Assembly: GCA_039714255.1 (NCBI GenBank)
Contig: JBDLJQ010000009.1
Span: 3,000 to 66,999 of the forward strand
DNA length: 64,000 nt
From: Acidobacteriota bacterium
Lineage (GTDB): Bacteria; Acidobacteriota; Aminicenantia; UBA2199
Direction of reading: 5' to 3'
Part shown: positions 48,254 to 58,184 of the stretch, piece after piece
How the letters are laid out: the number at the start of each line of letters is the position of its first letter
Position numbering within the stretch: position 1 is the first letter of the stretch
Made by a program: the position numbers and the translations under genes
The notes under the pieces: model-generated
What the model saw: the letters and a program-made list of their open reading frames with translations, nothing else
The model's database searches: none
Told to the model about the DNA's origin: nothing

Positions 48254-49741
48254 CTATCTTTCCTGATGTCCCTTAAACCGCTTTGATTTATCCAGCCAGG
48301 AGCCGGTTATATTTTTCTCATGAGCTTCAAGAGTATATTTTTCCATCCGGGCGATAATATCCATATGGCTTTTTGCTACATTGTTTTTTTCTTCAATATC
48401 ATTATTAAGGTTATATAACTCAAACATGGCATCTTTTGACTTTTTCACACCTTTCCAGTTATCTATCCTTATCGCAGTTTGCCCGTTGAACTCCCAATAT
48501 AAATATTCATGTTTTTTCTGCTTGCTTCCGTCAGGCTTTGCATTCAGTAATGAAGGAACAATAGAAATACCGTCAATATCGGCAGGGAGTTTTGCCTGCA
48601 CAATTTCAGCCAGAGTGGGCATTATATCCGGGAAATACCATAGGAGATCACTCTTCCGTCCAGGTTGAATTTTCCCCGGCCAGCGGACGATCATCGGAAC
48701 CCGAAGCCCGCCTTCGTATAACTCTCTTTTCCCGCCACGAAATCTTTCTCCAGTGATCGGATTTGTGTTGGGCCCGAAAAATCCGCCGGGAAATTTATTT
48801 TTATCCACATCAGGTTTTGCAGGATCACCATTTTTAAAATAGTCCTGGCCACCATTATCTCCACAGAAAAAAACAATCGTATTTTCGTCAAGACCTTCTT
48901 CTTTAAGTAATTGAAAAATTTCACCAACCTGGCGATCAACCATAGCGATCATAGCTGCATAAACCTTAGCATCATTTGATGTTTTTTCCCCTGCTGTCCA
49001 CGGTTTGTTTTTGTATTTCTGCCATTCCGGATCATCTTCAGGAAATCCCCACAATCCATGCGGTGGAGTCCATGGACAGTAACAGAAAAATTGATCATCT
49101 TTATTTTTGCGGATAAAATCCTTTGTTTTTTCAAATATCAAATTGTGGGCAAACTGTTTTCCCTTGTAAAAATCCCCTGTATTACCTTCCAGTGCAACCT
49201 TATTTCCATTATGCACCAGATAATTTGGAAAATAAGAATGCGCATGAACCTGGTGATAATATCCATAAAATTCATCAAACCCCTGAAGTTCAGGAGCACC
49301 GGTTGTTCCGCGATCACCTATTCCCCATTTACCGAATCCACCGGTGACATAACCTGCTTTTTTTAATACTTCTGCAATAGTGATATCATCTTTTCGTAGC
49401 GCAAGCTCTCCACTATTTGCCCTCACTGTAGTGTGCCCTGTATGTTGTCCGGTCATGAGTGTACTGCGGGTCGGTGCACAAACCGGGGCGCCGGCCAGAG
49501 CTTGTGTAAATTGAATTCCTTCTTTTGCCATACGGTCTATATTTGGCGTCCTCAGTTTTTTATTGCCCATGCAGGAAAGCTCAAAATATCCCAGCTCATC
49601 CAGAATAATGAAAATAATATTTGGAGGTTTCTTAAAATTCCCTGATGCTATGGATGTACTTTCCAAACTCATCACAGCAGCACTCAAACCGCTGACTTTT
49701 AAAAAATCACGACGTTTCATTTTTTTCATCTTACTATTCAC
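48254..49741 (-). CDS. S1 sulfatase (Cys-type) with Tat signal
   Basis: KKMKRRDFLKVSG. PVCAPTRSTLMTGQH. DELGYFE. ELYNLNNDIEE. Confidence 0.8.
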   Translation of the reverse strand: MNSKMKKMKRRDFLKVSGLSAAVMSLESTSIASGNFKKPPNIIFIILDELGYFELSCMGNKKLRTPNIDRMAKEGIQFTQALAGAPVCAPTRSTLMTGQHTGHTTVRANSGELALRKDDITIAEVLKKAGYVTGGFGKWGIGDRGTTGAPELQGFDEFYGYYHQVHAHSYFPNYLVHNGNKVALEGNTGDFYKGKQFAHNLIFEKTKDFIRKNKDDQFFCYCPWTPPHGLWGFPEDDPEWQKYKNKPWTAGEKTSNDAKVYAAMIAMVDRQVGEIFQLLKEEGLDENTIVFFCGDNGGQDYFKNGDPAKPDVDKNKFPGGFFGPNTNPITGERFRGGKRELYEGGLRVPMIVRWPGKIQPGRKSDLLWYFPDIMPTLAEIVQAKLPADIDGISIVPSLLNAKPDGSKQKKHEYLYWEFNGQTAIRIDNWKGVKKSKDAMFELYNLNNDIEEKNNVAKSHMDIIARMEKYTLEAHEKNITGSWLDKSKRFKGHQER

Positions 49742-49754
49742 TCACAAAAAAAAT

Positions 49755-52013
49755 TTAATCTGATAGTTCGGCTTTAAGAACATCACCTTTTTTCATATTA
49801 AACACAAAATTATTACCTTCCTTTACAACACCTTTCATACTCCATTTAATATTATCTGTACCAAAATTATCCAACAGGCGTAATTTATTATCTACAGTTG
49901 CTTCAATTTTTATCCACACTGCTGTATTTGCTTTTCGTTTTGCAGAAACTTTAAATCCACCTTCAGCACGAAGTTTTTCAAATTCTGCATCCTGCCATCG
50001 TTCGGGTGTTGCAGGAAATATTCTAATAATACCATGCCAGGATTGAAGTAACATTTCATGAACTGCCTGAGATGCTAAAAAATTTCCCTCCAGTGTAAAC
50101 GGCCGATATTGAAATTTAGAATAGCCGGCTTTCAACTGATCGCCATTAACATGAAATCCATTTTTTGAAATAAATGCTTTCTCATAAATATCCAGGTTAT
50201 TAATGGCTGTTTCCGAATCACCAATGCGTGCACATAAACAAGACATCCAGGAAAAACTATATCCGACCCAGGCTTTTGTTCCCAGTGTGTCATACTGTTG
50301 AACTGTTGACTGAATGATCTTTTTTTCGTTCTCAGTGCCATCTATAGTCATCATATCAAAAGGATGAATTGCCATTGAATGAGAAAGATGGCGATGTGAA
50401 TAATTCATTTTTTCGTTAGAAGAATACATTAAAACATTATTTTCATCTACAGACCTTGGCCCAAACTTCTGGTAAACAGATCTCCATTTTTCGGACTGGG
50501 CGGACTCTCCTTTTTCCTGAGCCATGTGCTCCAATCCACGGAAAAGTGCCTCCATACAATCCCTGTCATAATTACTATTCGGCTTTAAAAAAGCCCTGTG
50601 TGAATTATCAAAGATCTCGGGTGAAGATGATAAAGGCAATTTCAGCAACCCATTCTCATCCTCTTCTAAAAGCCGGGTTAAGCATTTCCCCAGCTCTGAG
50701 CAGAATTTATAACCGCGTTCTAAATCCTTGGCCTGCCTTGTATACAGCCAGTGCTTGTAAAAATACCAGCCTACCCAGGCACCATTTGTTGGAGATAGAG
50801 AGTACATAACCCACCCTGTCATAGGCTCTCCCTCCTGAGTCATCACTGTGGGGATAGCCGCACCCGGTGTTTTGTAAAAATTTTTTGCAAATTTTTGAAA
50901 TTGAGGAAGCAGTCTGTACATATGATCAAGAAAACACTCTCCTGCTTCAAAACGGCCCGCTGTTTGATAGGCTTCGTAGGTCATCTGAGTATTAAGGTCA
51001 TGGTGGTAATCTCCATGCCATGGCGGCAAGTTGCCGTTGTCTGCCGTCCAGACACCCTGCAGCGGAATAGATGGGGCTCCTTTGCGTGAGGCAGCTCCAT
51101 AAAAATACTGTACGAGATAATAATGCTTCAGATGATTCAAGTCCGGAATCAAAATACGGGATTTGGACCAGAAATCACGCCAATATTCCCGATGGACCTT
51201 AAATGAATTTTCCCACTTTTTATCTAAAGCATCATTCACTATCCGACGTGCTTCTGAAAGCAAATCCAATTCATCATGACTTGAACATATTGTGAGTGCA
51301 ATAATTGTTTCATCTCCAATACGCCGGGTTGAAACGAAAGCACCATATTCTATTTTTTCAACCCCTTTCTGAAGATACCAGTATTCTCCTTTTTTACCTC
51401 CGGTCTCTGCTTCAGGGTAACCCAACTGATTTACCGCTCCCGGAGCAATCAGTTTAATACTTTCGGGTTCGGGTCCGGGAATCCGAAAAATTGCCACAGG
51501 ATGTACAGCGCTGAAAAAACCATCGATCCGGGTTCCGTCATTAAGATAAACTTTCCCTGTTGCCGAGGCGAGGGCAAGTTCAAATTTTTCTACCTTCCTG
51601 TCCGGGCCAAGTTTAATTTCCAGCCTTCCACCCGGCAGTTTAGTGGGATATTTCAGATGATTATAAAAGCTGTCAAAATCACGGGTTACTCTCTTCATAT
51701 CCCGGGCATCTACCGCTTTTTTCAATTCCATCCAATTAAAATCAGGCTCGGAAAAACGGCTGGGAACCCGTAAGTCCCAAAGATCACCCCGGTCCAGGGA
51801 AATGCGAATAGTATCTTGTTCGCCCCACAATAATCCACCTAATATACCGTTACCCAAAGGCAATGCTTCATCCCAGTTTTTTAACGGGGCCTCAAGCAAA
51901 AGATTAAGATCAGCTGATGGTAAAAATCTGCTATTTTTTTTTGTTGAGCAGCATGATACAAACAGGAATGAGAAGATAATTCCGGTTAAAATAAAATTTC
52001 TATTAAGTCTCAT
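49755..52013 (-). CDS. Glycoside hydrolase, GH95-like (α-L-fucosidase / α-L-galactosidase family); 752 aa
   Basis: Signal peptide. N-terminal WDEALPLGNGILGGLLWGEQDTIRISLDRGDLWD resembles the GH95 N-domain opening. The size fits the family. Called from memory, with no search. Confidence 0.5.
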   Translation of the reverse strand: MRLNRNFILTGIIFSFLFVSCCSTKKNSRFLPSADLNLLLEAPLKNWDEALPLGNGILGGLLWGEQDTIRISLDRGDLWDLRVPSRFSEPDFNWMELKKAVDARDMKRVTRDFDSFYNHLKYPTKLPGGRLEIKLGPDRKVEKFELALASATGKVYLNDGTRIDGFFSAVHPVAIFRIPGPEPESIKLIAPGAVNQLGYPEAETGGKKGEYWYLQKGVEKIEYGAFVSTRRIGDETIIALTICSSHDELDLLSEARRIVNDALDKKWENSFKVHREYWRDFWSKSRILIPDLNHLKHYYLVQYFYGAASRKGAPSIPLQGVWTADNGNLPPWHGDYHHDLNTQMTYEAYQTAGRFEAGECFLDHMYRLLPQFQKFAKNFYKTPGAAIPTVMTQEGEPMTGWVMYSLSPTNGAWVGWYFYKHWLYTRQAKDLERGYKFCSELGKCLTRLLEEDENGLLKLPLSSSPEIFDNSHRAFLKPNSNYDRDCMEALFRGLEHMAQEKGESAQSEKWRSVYQKFGPRSVDENNVLMYSSNEKMNYSHRHLSHSMAIHPFDMMTIDGTENEKKIIQSTVQQYDTLGTKAWVGYSFSWMSCLCARIGDSETAINNLDIYEKAFISKNGFHVNGDQLKAGYSKFQYRPFTLEGNFLASQAVHEMLLQSWHGIIRIFPATPERWQDAEFEKLRAEGGFKVSAKRKANTAVWIKIEATVDNKLRLLDNFGTDNIKWSMKGVVKEGNNFVFNMKKGDVLKAELSD

Positions 52014-52062
52014 ACATAACTCCTTTTAACCCTTTCACAACACCAAAGATATTGCAGCGGCT

Positions 52063-53373
52063 CTATATCTGTTTCATTTTGTCCAGAACTATTTGCAACC
52101 GGTTTTTATTATCTCTCATTTCACTTGATAACTCTTCTCCGGTAATTGGATTTTGTTCCAGCGGATCTTTTTTCAGATCAAAAAAATGACCGTTGTCATA
52201 TAATTTCCATCGTTTATTCTGAGCATATCTTCTTTTAGGTCTGTCTCCCCATTTGGGATCAAAATAACAATATATCCAATCACGGGGTTTGCCTGATTCA
52301 CCCTTTATTTGCGGTAAAAAGCTCTGTCCATCCTTATGGGAAATTTGATAATTTTTCTCACCGGCTGACTCAAGTAATGTAGGCAGAAAGTCAGTAAAAT
52401 CTATCAAATCTTCGCATGTTAACCCAACTCTTTTATGCTTCTTCCAACTTGAGATCATCGGGACATGAGTCCCTGCTGTGGTAGTTTTCCCTTTATCACC
52501 AGATATTTCAGATTCTCCAGTCCTGGTAGTAATAGTATTATGCGTACCGTTATCCCCAACAAATATTATCAGAGTGTTTTCACGAAGATTATTCTGCTCA
52601 AGTTTATCAATGATCCGTCCTACAATTTTATCGGTATACTCTACCATATCCTTAAAATAAACCGGGTTATTTTTATATTTTTCTTCTTCGGTAAAACTGG
52701 AATCCGGTGTCGGGACAAAGGGATCATGTGTGAGAATCATCGGATAATAAACCAGGAACGGACTGTTTCTGTGCCGGTCGATATAATCTAAAATAAAGTT
52801 ACAGACAATATCCGGTCCGTATTGATCTTTTCCGTATTGTTGATATTTTCCATTTGTGTTAAGCAGTGGCTTCCAATACCGGGGCCCAAATTTATCCAGC
52901 TGCCAGAGGCAATATTCATCAAATCCGTTCTGCTTTGGATGAGTTCCAGCTCCTTTATAACCTGAACCTTTATAGTGACCGATTAATTGCCATTTCCCCG
53001 CAACACAGGTAGAATATCCCTCTTCTTTTAACAAATGGGCAAAAGTAATTTCTCCTTTCGGCATTGTTCCAAATTCAGTATAATTTCTTTGATTGTACAT
53101 ACCTGTCATAATTTGAACCCGTGAAGGGGTGCACAGGGGTGTTGAAAAGCAGTTTGTAAACCGGACTCCATTTTCAGCCAGCTTGTCAAGATTCGGTGTT
53201 TTGTATGAGGTGCTGCCGTTACAACTGAGCCCCTCATAACCCAGATCATCAGCCATAATAAGCACTATATTGGGTTGTTTTTCTGCCTTACATGATGTTA
53301 AAAACAAGTGGCTTCCCATTGATAAAGCCGCTGCACCGACCCCTGTGGTTCTTAAAAAATTTCTACGATCCAT
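52063..53373 (-). CDS. S1 sulfatase (Cys-type) with Tat signal
   Basis: MDRRNFLRTTGVGAAAL. TPLCTPSRVQIMTG. ADDLGYE. Confidence 0.8.
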   Translation of the reverse strand: MDRRNFLRTTGVGAAALSMGSHLFLTSCKAEKQPNIVLIMADDLGYEGLSCNGSTSYKTPNLDKLAENGVRFTNCFSTPLCTPSRVQIMTGMYNQRNYTEFGTMPKGEITFAHLLKEEGYSTCVAGKWQLIGHYKGSGYKGAGTHPKQNGFDEYCLWQLDKFGPRYWKPLLNTNGKYQQYGKDQYGPDIVCNFILDYIDRHRNSPFLVYYPMILTHDPFVPTPDSSFTEEEKYKNNPVYFKDMVEYTDKIVGRIIDKLEQNNLRENTLIIFVGDNGTHNTITTRTGESEISGDKGKTTTAGTHVPMISSWKKHKRVGLTCEDLIDFTDFLPTLLESAGEKNYQISHKDGQSFLPQIKGESGKPRDWIYCYFDPKWGDRPKRRYAQNKRWKLYDNGHFFDLKKDPLEQNPITGEELSSEMRDNKNRLQIVLDKMKQI

Positions 53374-53467
53374 AATTTACTCTCCGGTGGAAATATCTAC
53401 CACTCCTTCAACATATTTGCCTGCAAAAACAATCTTTTTTAATCATTAATTCATATTTTTATAAAAC

Positions 53468-55894
53468 TTATTCTGCAACAGGTAAAAACTTGTCTCTTAT
53501 TTTTAAAACATAAGCGACAGACCCTTTCCCTCCATTAGTGTTTGTACCGGAAGGAGCGTATAGCCAGGATGGTTTCCCGTCAATCATTAAAATTTGGGGC
53601 CGTTCAAATTTACTTCCTCTATCACCTTTCGTTTTATTTGCTTTTTCGGGAAGCTCTCCTCCATAATAAAAGGCCAGTTTTTTAAATGCCTGTTTTGGAT
53701 TTGAAAAACTCATACCATCATCTGATTCCCAAATTAACCCGCCGCCCCGCTCAATCATACCGTGATTATCAGTAGTTACCAGGTAAATTTTGCCGCCATA
53801 TTTAAAAGCATAGCCGTCTTCGATTACACGATCATTATTTGTAATAGGCAGGGGCAATTGTTTGTACGGCCCTTCCAGTTTATCTGCTATTGCAAGTCCT
53901 ATCATCGGTTTCCAATGATCCTTTTTTCGCATGTCATTAGATTTGAAATAAAGGGAAAAGCGCTCCTCGGGATGCTGCAAAAAGACAGGATTTACAACAC
54001 CGTTTGTTGTGCCATAATTGTAAAAAGTTGAATCAACCGGAGGAGATAGTATCAAACCATCTTTACCAGCTTTTTCCCAGGGACCATACAACGACTTTGA
54101 AGTTGCCAACCCGATTTTTTGATTTCCCGGCCTCAGATTCTTGCCTGTATTGGCTATATAAAAGAGTGCATACGTATCGCTTACTTTATGGATGGTGGGA
54201 TTGTGCGGCGCAAATTTGTCCCATGTATTTTTTCCCGTTCCTTCCAAAACAATATCAGAAAATTTAAACGGACCCTTTGGAGTTTCTCCAACATAGTGGG
54301 CAATCTGGCTGTCGGTGTACCAGCCTTCGTGACCGGTTTCCTGCAGCCAGCGGGCAACAAATAAATGCGTTTTTCCTTCCGGGCCTATAATGGGAGAGCA
54401 TCCCCAAATTTGCCACTTATCGTCCTGAACGGCTATACCCTTGAATTCAAGAGATTTTGAAAACCAGGAAATTTCAGGATTCTCAGTAAACACCTGTAAG
54501 CCTTTAATTTGTGGGTCGGCTATTGATTTCTTTATTTTCAACCTGATTTTTTTGACCAACACCGGTTTTTCAAGAAATTGAATGCGCTTGTGCCCAATAC
54601 AGGAACCGTCTGCAATCTGTTTCCATTTTCCGTCAATATATCCTTCTACCACATACTCTCTGACACGTTCACCATGCCGAATATCTTCCTGAATCACAAT
54701 ATGATTGATGGTTGCTGCTTTTTCAAGTTCCAATCTAATTTGATTACCTGTGCCACCGGTTTCCGCTACCGGATTTCCAAACTGTTTATTTATTTTATCG
54801 CCCCACTCTTTCAGGCGTTTTACATCGGGTTCGGGCAATAGTCCATCGGGATCGGGGGTTAAACCCAAAATCAGTGTTGAGTTACGCCCAACGGATTTGT
54901 AATAGATGTTCATTAAATCTTTCAATGGAAAAATATATGCTTCATCGCCCGGTTCCCAGAACCACTCATGCCCTCCGTTGGAACCACGTAGAGGTGCATC
55001 TGACATGGCGGGCATCCAGTATTTGCCATCAGGATCTCCATGTTTGAGCAGTTTTATATATTCTCTTGGAGTATTTCCACCATGAGAGTAATAATCAGGA
55101 AATGTTGCCCAGCAAGGATAAGGAATAGTTCCCGACTCCGAACCTCCCCAACGGACTTCTGCCAATTGTTTGTTGTGATAAAACAGGCAGTTTGGCTGGT
55201 ATTTTTTAACTATGGGCAATACATCAGGAGCTCCATTATCAGGATGGTCTGCTCCTCCATCGAACCATATTTCGAACAACTCTCCATAACGGGTGCAAAT
55301 TTCTCTGACCATTCCCTCAACCATTTGATTGTAATATTTTTGCCTGTTTTCCCGAAATTTGCCTTCGCCATTTACTTTGAAATTGTGCACGCCGAAAAAT
55401 GAGTTCCATCGAATCCCCAAATAAATGCCCGGTTTGACGTCGAATTTCCGGCATGATTCCACAAAGTCTTTAACAATATCCCCTTTACCATCACGCCATT
55501 TAACTGCTTTTAAACAATAGGGATTCACATCCGATTGATATAATGCAAAACCTGTTTCGTGGGTGGCTGTTAGAATGGCAAATTTGAAACCTGCATCTTT
55601 CGCGGCTTTTATCCATTGGTCGGTATTTAGTTTTTCAGGATTGAAAATCTGATAATCTGTAACCGGCGTTATCCGGTTTTCTCCCTGTCCATATTTTTTC
55701 CCGTCAAAAACATGCAGATCGTAGTGGAATACCGCACCCATTTCTGCCTCCTGCCAGGCTAACTGACGTGCATTCGGCACAGGAAATGGTCGATGTTTTA
55801 TTGGGATCAAAGTTGGGTAAAACCCATCCCCCTTCTTCGATGCCAGACTTGAAATACTTATTGCTATAAATATCAGCAAAACCAATTTTTTCAT
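53468..55894 (-). CDS. Multidomain fucosidase-like protein: divergent GH29-like catalytic domain, then an F5/8 type C (CBM32-like) domain, then a C-terminal β-propeller hydrolase-like domain; 808 aa
   Basis: GH29-like blocks with HETGF in place of HHDGF (ILTATHETGFALYQS) and nucleophile region EIWFDGG. Discoidin block NHIVIQEDIRHGERVREYVVEGYIDGKWK...KKIRLKIKK. The C-terminal 300 aa or so resemble the β-propeller protein at 42691..43929. Confidence 0.55.
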   Translation of the reverse strand: MKKLVLLIFIAISISSLASKKGDGFYPTLIPIKHRPFPVPNARQLAWQEAEMGAVFHYDLHVFDGKKYGQGENRITPVTDYQIFNPEKLNTDQWIKAAKDAGFKFAILTATHETGFALYQSDVNPYCLKAVKWRDGKGDIVKDFVESCRKFDVKPGIYLGIRWNSFFGVHNFKVNGEGKFRENRQKYYNQMVEGMVREICTRYGELFEIWFDGGADHPDNGAPDVLPIVKKYQPNCLFYHNKQLAEVRWGGSESGTIPYPCWATFPDYYSHGGNTPREYIKLLKHGDPDGKYWMPAMSDAPLRGSNGGHEWFWEPGDEAYIFPLKDLMNIYYKSVGRNSTLILGLTPDPDGLLPEPDVKRLKEWGDKINKQFGNPVAETGGTGNQIRLELEKAATINHIVIQEDIRHGERVREYVVEGYIDGKWKQIADGSCIGHKRIQFLEKPVLVKKIRLKIKKSIADPQIKGLQVFTENPEISWFSKSLEFKGIAVQDDKWQIWGCSPIIGPEGKTHLFVARWLQETGHEGWYTDSQIAHYVGETPKGPFKFSDIVLEGTGKNTWDKFAPHNPTIHKVSDTYALFYIANTGKNLRPGNQKIGLATSKSLYGPWEKAGKDGLILSPPVDSTFYNYGTTNGVVNPVFLQHPEERFSLYFKSNDMRKKDHWKPMIGLAIADKLEGPYKQLPLPITNNDRVIEDGYAFKYGGKIYLVTTDNHGMIERGGGLIWESDDGMSFSNPKQAFKKLAFYYGGELPEKANKTKGDRGSKFERPQILMIDGKPSWLYAPSGTNTNGGKGSVAYVLKIRDKFLPVAE

Positions 55895-55965
55895 TTTTTA
55901 TTCCTTTGGTCAGCGCCCAAAGCACCTGAAAACCTGAGATACTGACTTAAAATTTCTATTTCAAG

Positions 55966-56070
55966 TCAATTAGGATCTCCCAGTGCCAATCCTCCTGCAG
56001 GATAAAATTTGCTATCGATCCAGGAGCCGGTTACATTTTTCTTTAATAAATCCCGACGTGTTGTTTTCAT
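55966..56070 (-). pseudogene. 34-codon relic ORF (MKTTRRDLLKKNVTGSWIDSKFYPAGGLALGDPN): a Tat-signal-like start fused to a sulfatase C-terminal tail, probably a collapsed sulfatase paralog
   Basis: Hand translation of the 190-nt gap at 55895..56083. The nucleotide stretch CCAGGAGCCGGTTACATTTTTCT at 56020-56042 matches CCAGGAGCCGGTTATATTTTTCT at 48294-48316 at 22 of 23 positions. The latter encodes KNITGSW near the C-terminus of the sulfatase at 48254..49741. MKTTRRDLLK mirrors the MKxxRR(K/D)F(L/I)K starts of the neighbouring sulfatases. Confidence 0.5.
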
Positions 56071-56083
56071 TGCAGCTTCATCT

Positions 56084-58177
56084 TTATTTTACAATAATTT
56101 CATCGGCAAAGAGCCATCCCTTTTCACCTGCGCCTTTATGCCAGTTCGGGCAAAAGCCGATATTTTTTGCATGAATTTTCAGATAACGGGCACAGATTCC
56201 CTCCGTTTTAAGTTCAAATTCTTTTCGAAGAACCAAAGTGGATTTAATATCCATTTTTCTCTTAACTTTCCCGATGGATTTGAAATTTGTATCATTTGAA
56301 ACCGAAAATTCAACAGCGTCAGGCAGAAATATCCATGACTCAATATTGTGCAAAAATCCGGCTGAAACAGAGTTGATCTCGATCTCTTTCCCGAAATCAA
56401 TTGTGGCGATCAGATCATTTTTTTTAAATCCCTGCCAGACAGAATAATCCACCCCGGAATAATACTTGTCCGGCCCCTGCCAGCCATCAGCAAGTGCATT
56501 TGGATTGTTACCAGGATATTTTTTATCATAAGGATATTTAAAAGTGATTTTAGCTCCAACCCCTTTATGATTTATTTTTCTATTTTTACCGGGAAGAAAT
56601 TTTGTTTCATCTGTATCTTTATATTTTTTACGAAGTTTTTGTAACTCCTCTTTTAATTCAATGATAATATTTTGATAATCCGCATTGTTATAAACATTAT
56701 TCATCTCCTGAGGGTCTTTCTTCAGGTCATAGAGCTCCCACTCATCTATATCATAATAAAAATGGATAAGTTTGTACCGGGAGGTACGTATTCCGTAATG
56801 CCTCTTCACATTGTGAGGGCTGGGGTGTTCATAATAGTGATAGTAAACAGACCTCCTCCAATCTGCCGGAGTTTTCCCCTGAATAATATTTTTCAGTGAC
56901 TTACCCTGAATATCTCCTGGAATTTTCACACCTGCATAATCAAGAATGGTGGGGGCAAAGTCGAGGTTCAACACCATATCAGAGCTAACTTTCCCTTTTT
57001 TCTGTCCCGGAGCTTTAATTATCAGAGGCATCCGGTGAGATTCCTCATACATGAACCTTTTGTCGAACCAACCATGTTCACCCAGATAAAACCCCTGATC
57101 CGAAGTGTAAATTATCAGCGTATCTTCATAAAGATCGTTCCCCTTCAGATAATCAATCATCCTCCCTATATTATCGTCCAGAGAGGCTATACACCGGAGA
57201 TAATCCCGCATATAATTCTGATACTTCCACCTTATAAGTTTTTCCCCCTCCAGCTTTCCCCTTTTAAACTCTTTTTTTCTTGGGCCATATGAACGGTTCC
57301 ACCTCTCTCTCTGATCAGGAGTCATTCGGGACAGCACCTTATTCCACCATTTCCCCATCACTTTTTCATTCTCGAACAACTCTTTATCGGCTCCTTCGGA
57401 GTCTACTTTCAGATCATAATCAAGATACATATCTTTACTGATCTCCATATTCTGATCTCTGGCTGCACTCCCCCTTCCGTCAAAATTGTCAAAGAGGGTA
57501 TCCGGTTCGGGAAATCTGGTGTTTTCATATTTTTCCAGATGATCAGGGCCGGGCATCCAATTACGGTGCGGGGCCTTATGGTGGAGAAGAAGACAAAAGG
57601 GTTTATTCCGGTCACGTTTATTCACCCAGTTGAGGGCGAAATCGGTTGTCAGATCGGTAACATAACCTTCAACACGCTTTTTCCTGCCCATCTCAATAAA
57701 GTCAGGGTTATAATAATGCCCCTGCCCGGGGAGAATATTCCAATAGTCAAATCCGGTGGGTTGGCTCTTTAAATGCCATTTTCCAACCATGGCGGTTTGA
57801 TATCCGTTTTTCTGTAATATTTTTGTAAAGGTTTGCTGGTTTCCGTCAAAAGTAGTTCCATTATCGATCATTCCATTGAGATGGCTGTATTTCCCTGTAA
57901 GTAAAACAGCCCGGCTTGGAGCACAAATCGAGTTGGTTACGAAACTCTGTTCAAACCTCGTACCTTCTTTTGCCAGCCGGTCAATGTTGGGTGTTTTATT
58001 TATTTTACTTCCATAACTGCTTATTGCCTGGTATGCATGGTCATCGCTCATGACAAAAATTATATTGGGTCTGTTCTCTGATCTTCCACTGGGAACCATA
58101 AGATCCGGCAAAGCAAGCGATACGGCTCCAAATCCTACACTCTTTATAAATTTACGGCGTGAATAATTATTTCTCAT
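56084..58177 (-). CDS. S1 sulfatase (Cys-type) with Tat signal and a C-terminal F5/8 type C (discoidin) domain
   Basis: RRKFIKSVGFGAV. CAPSRAVLLTGKY. SDDHAY. ELYDLKKDPQE. Discoidin tail ending GFCPNWHKGAGEKGWLFADEIIVK. Confidence 0.8.
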   Translation of the reverse strand: MRNNYSRRKFIKSVGFGAVSLALPDLMVPSGRSENRPNIIFVMSDDHAYQAISSYGSKINKTPNIDRLAKEGTRFEQSFVTNSICAPSRAVLLTGKYSHLNGMIDNGTTFDGNQQTFTKILQKNGYQTAMVGKWHLKSQPTGFDYWNILPGQGHYYNPDFIEMGRKKRVEGYVTDLTTDFALNWVNKRDRNKPFCLLLHHKAPHRNWMPGPDHLEKYENTRFPEPDTLFDNFDGRGSAARDQNMEISKDMYLDYDLKVDSEGADKELFENEKVMGKWWNKVLSRMTPDQRERWNRSYGPRKKEFKRGKLEGEKLIRWKYQNYMRDYLRCIASLDDNIGRMIDYLKGNDLYEDTLIIYTSDQGFYLGEHGWFDKRFMYEESHRMPLIIKAPGQKKGKVSSDMVLNLDFAPTILDYAGVKIPGDIQGKSLKNIIQGKTPADWRRSVYYHYYEHPSPHNVKRHYGIRTSRYKLIHFYYDIDEWELYDLKKDPQEMNNVYNNADYQNIIIELKEELQKLRKKYKDTDETKFLPGKNRKINHKGVGAKITFKYPYDKKYPGNNPNALADGWQGPDKYYSGVDYSVWQGFKKNDLIATIDFGKEIEINSVSAGFLHNIESWIFLPDAVEFSVSNDTNFKSIGKVKRKMDIKSTLVLRKEFELKTEGICARYLKIHAKNIGFCPNWHKGAGEKGWLFADEIIVK

Positions 58178-58184
58178 ATTTATC

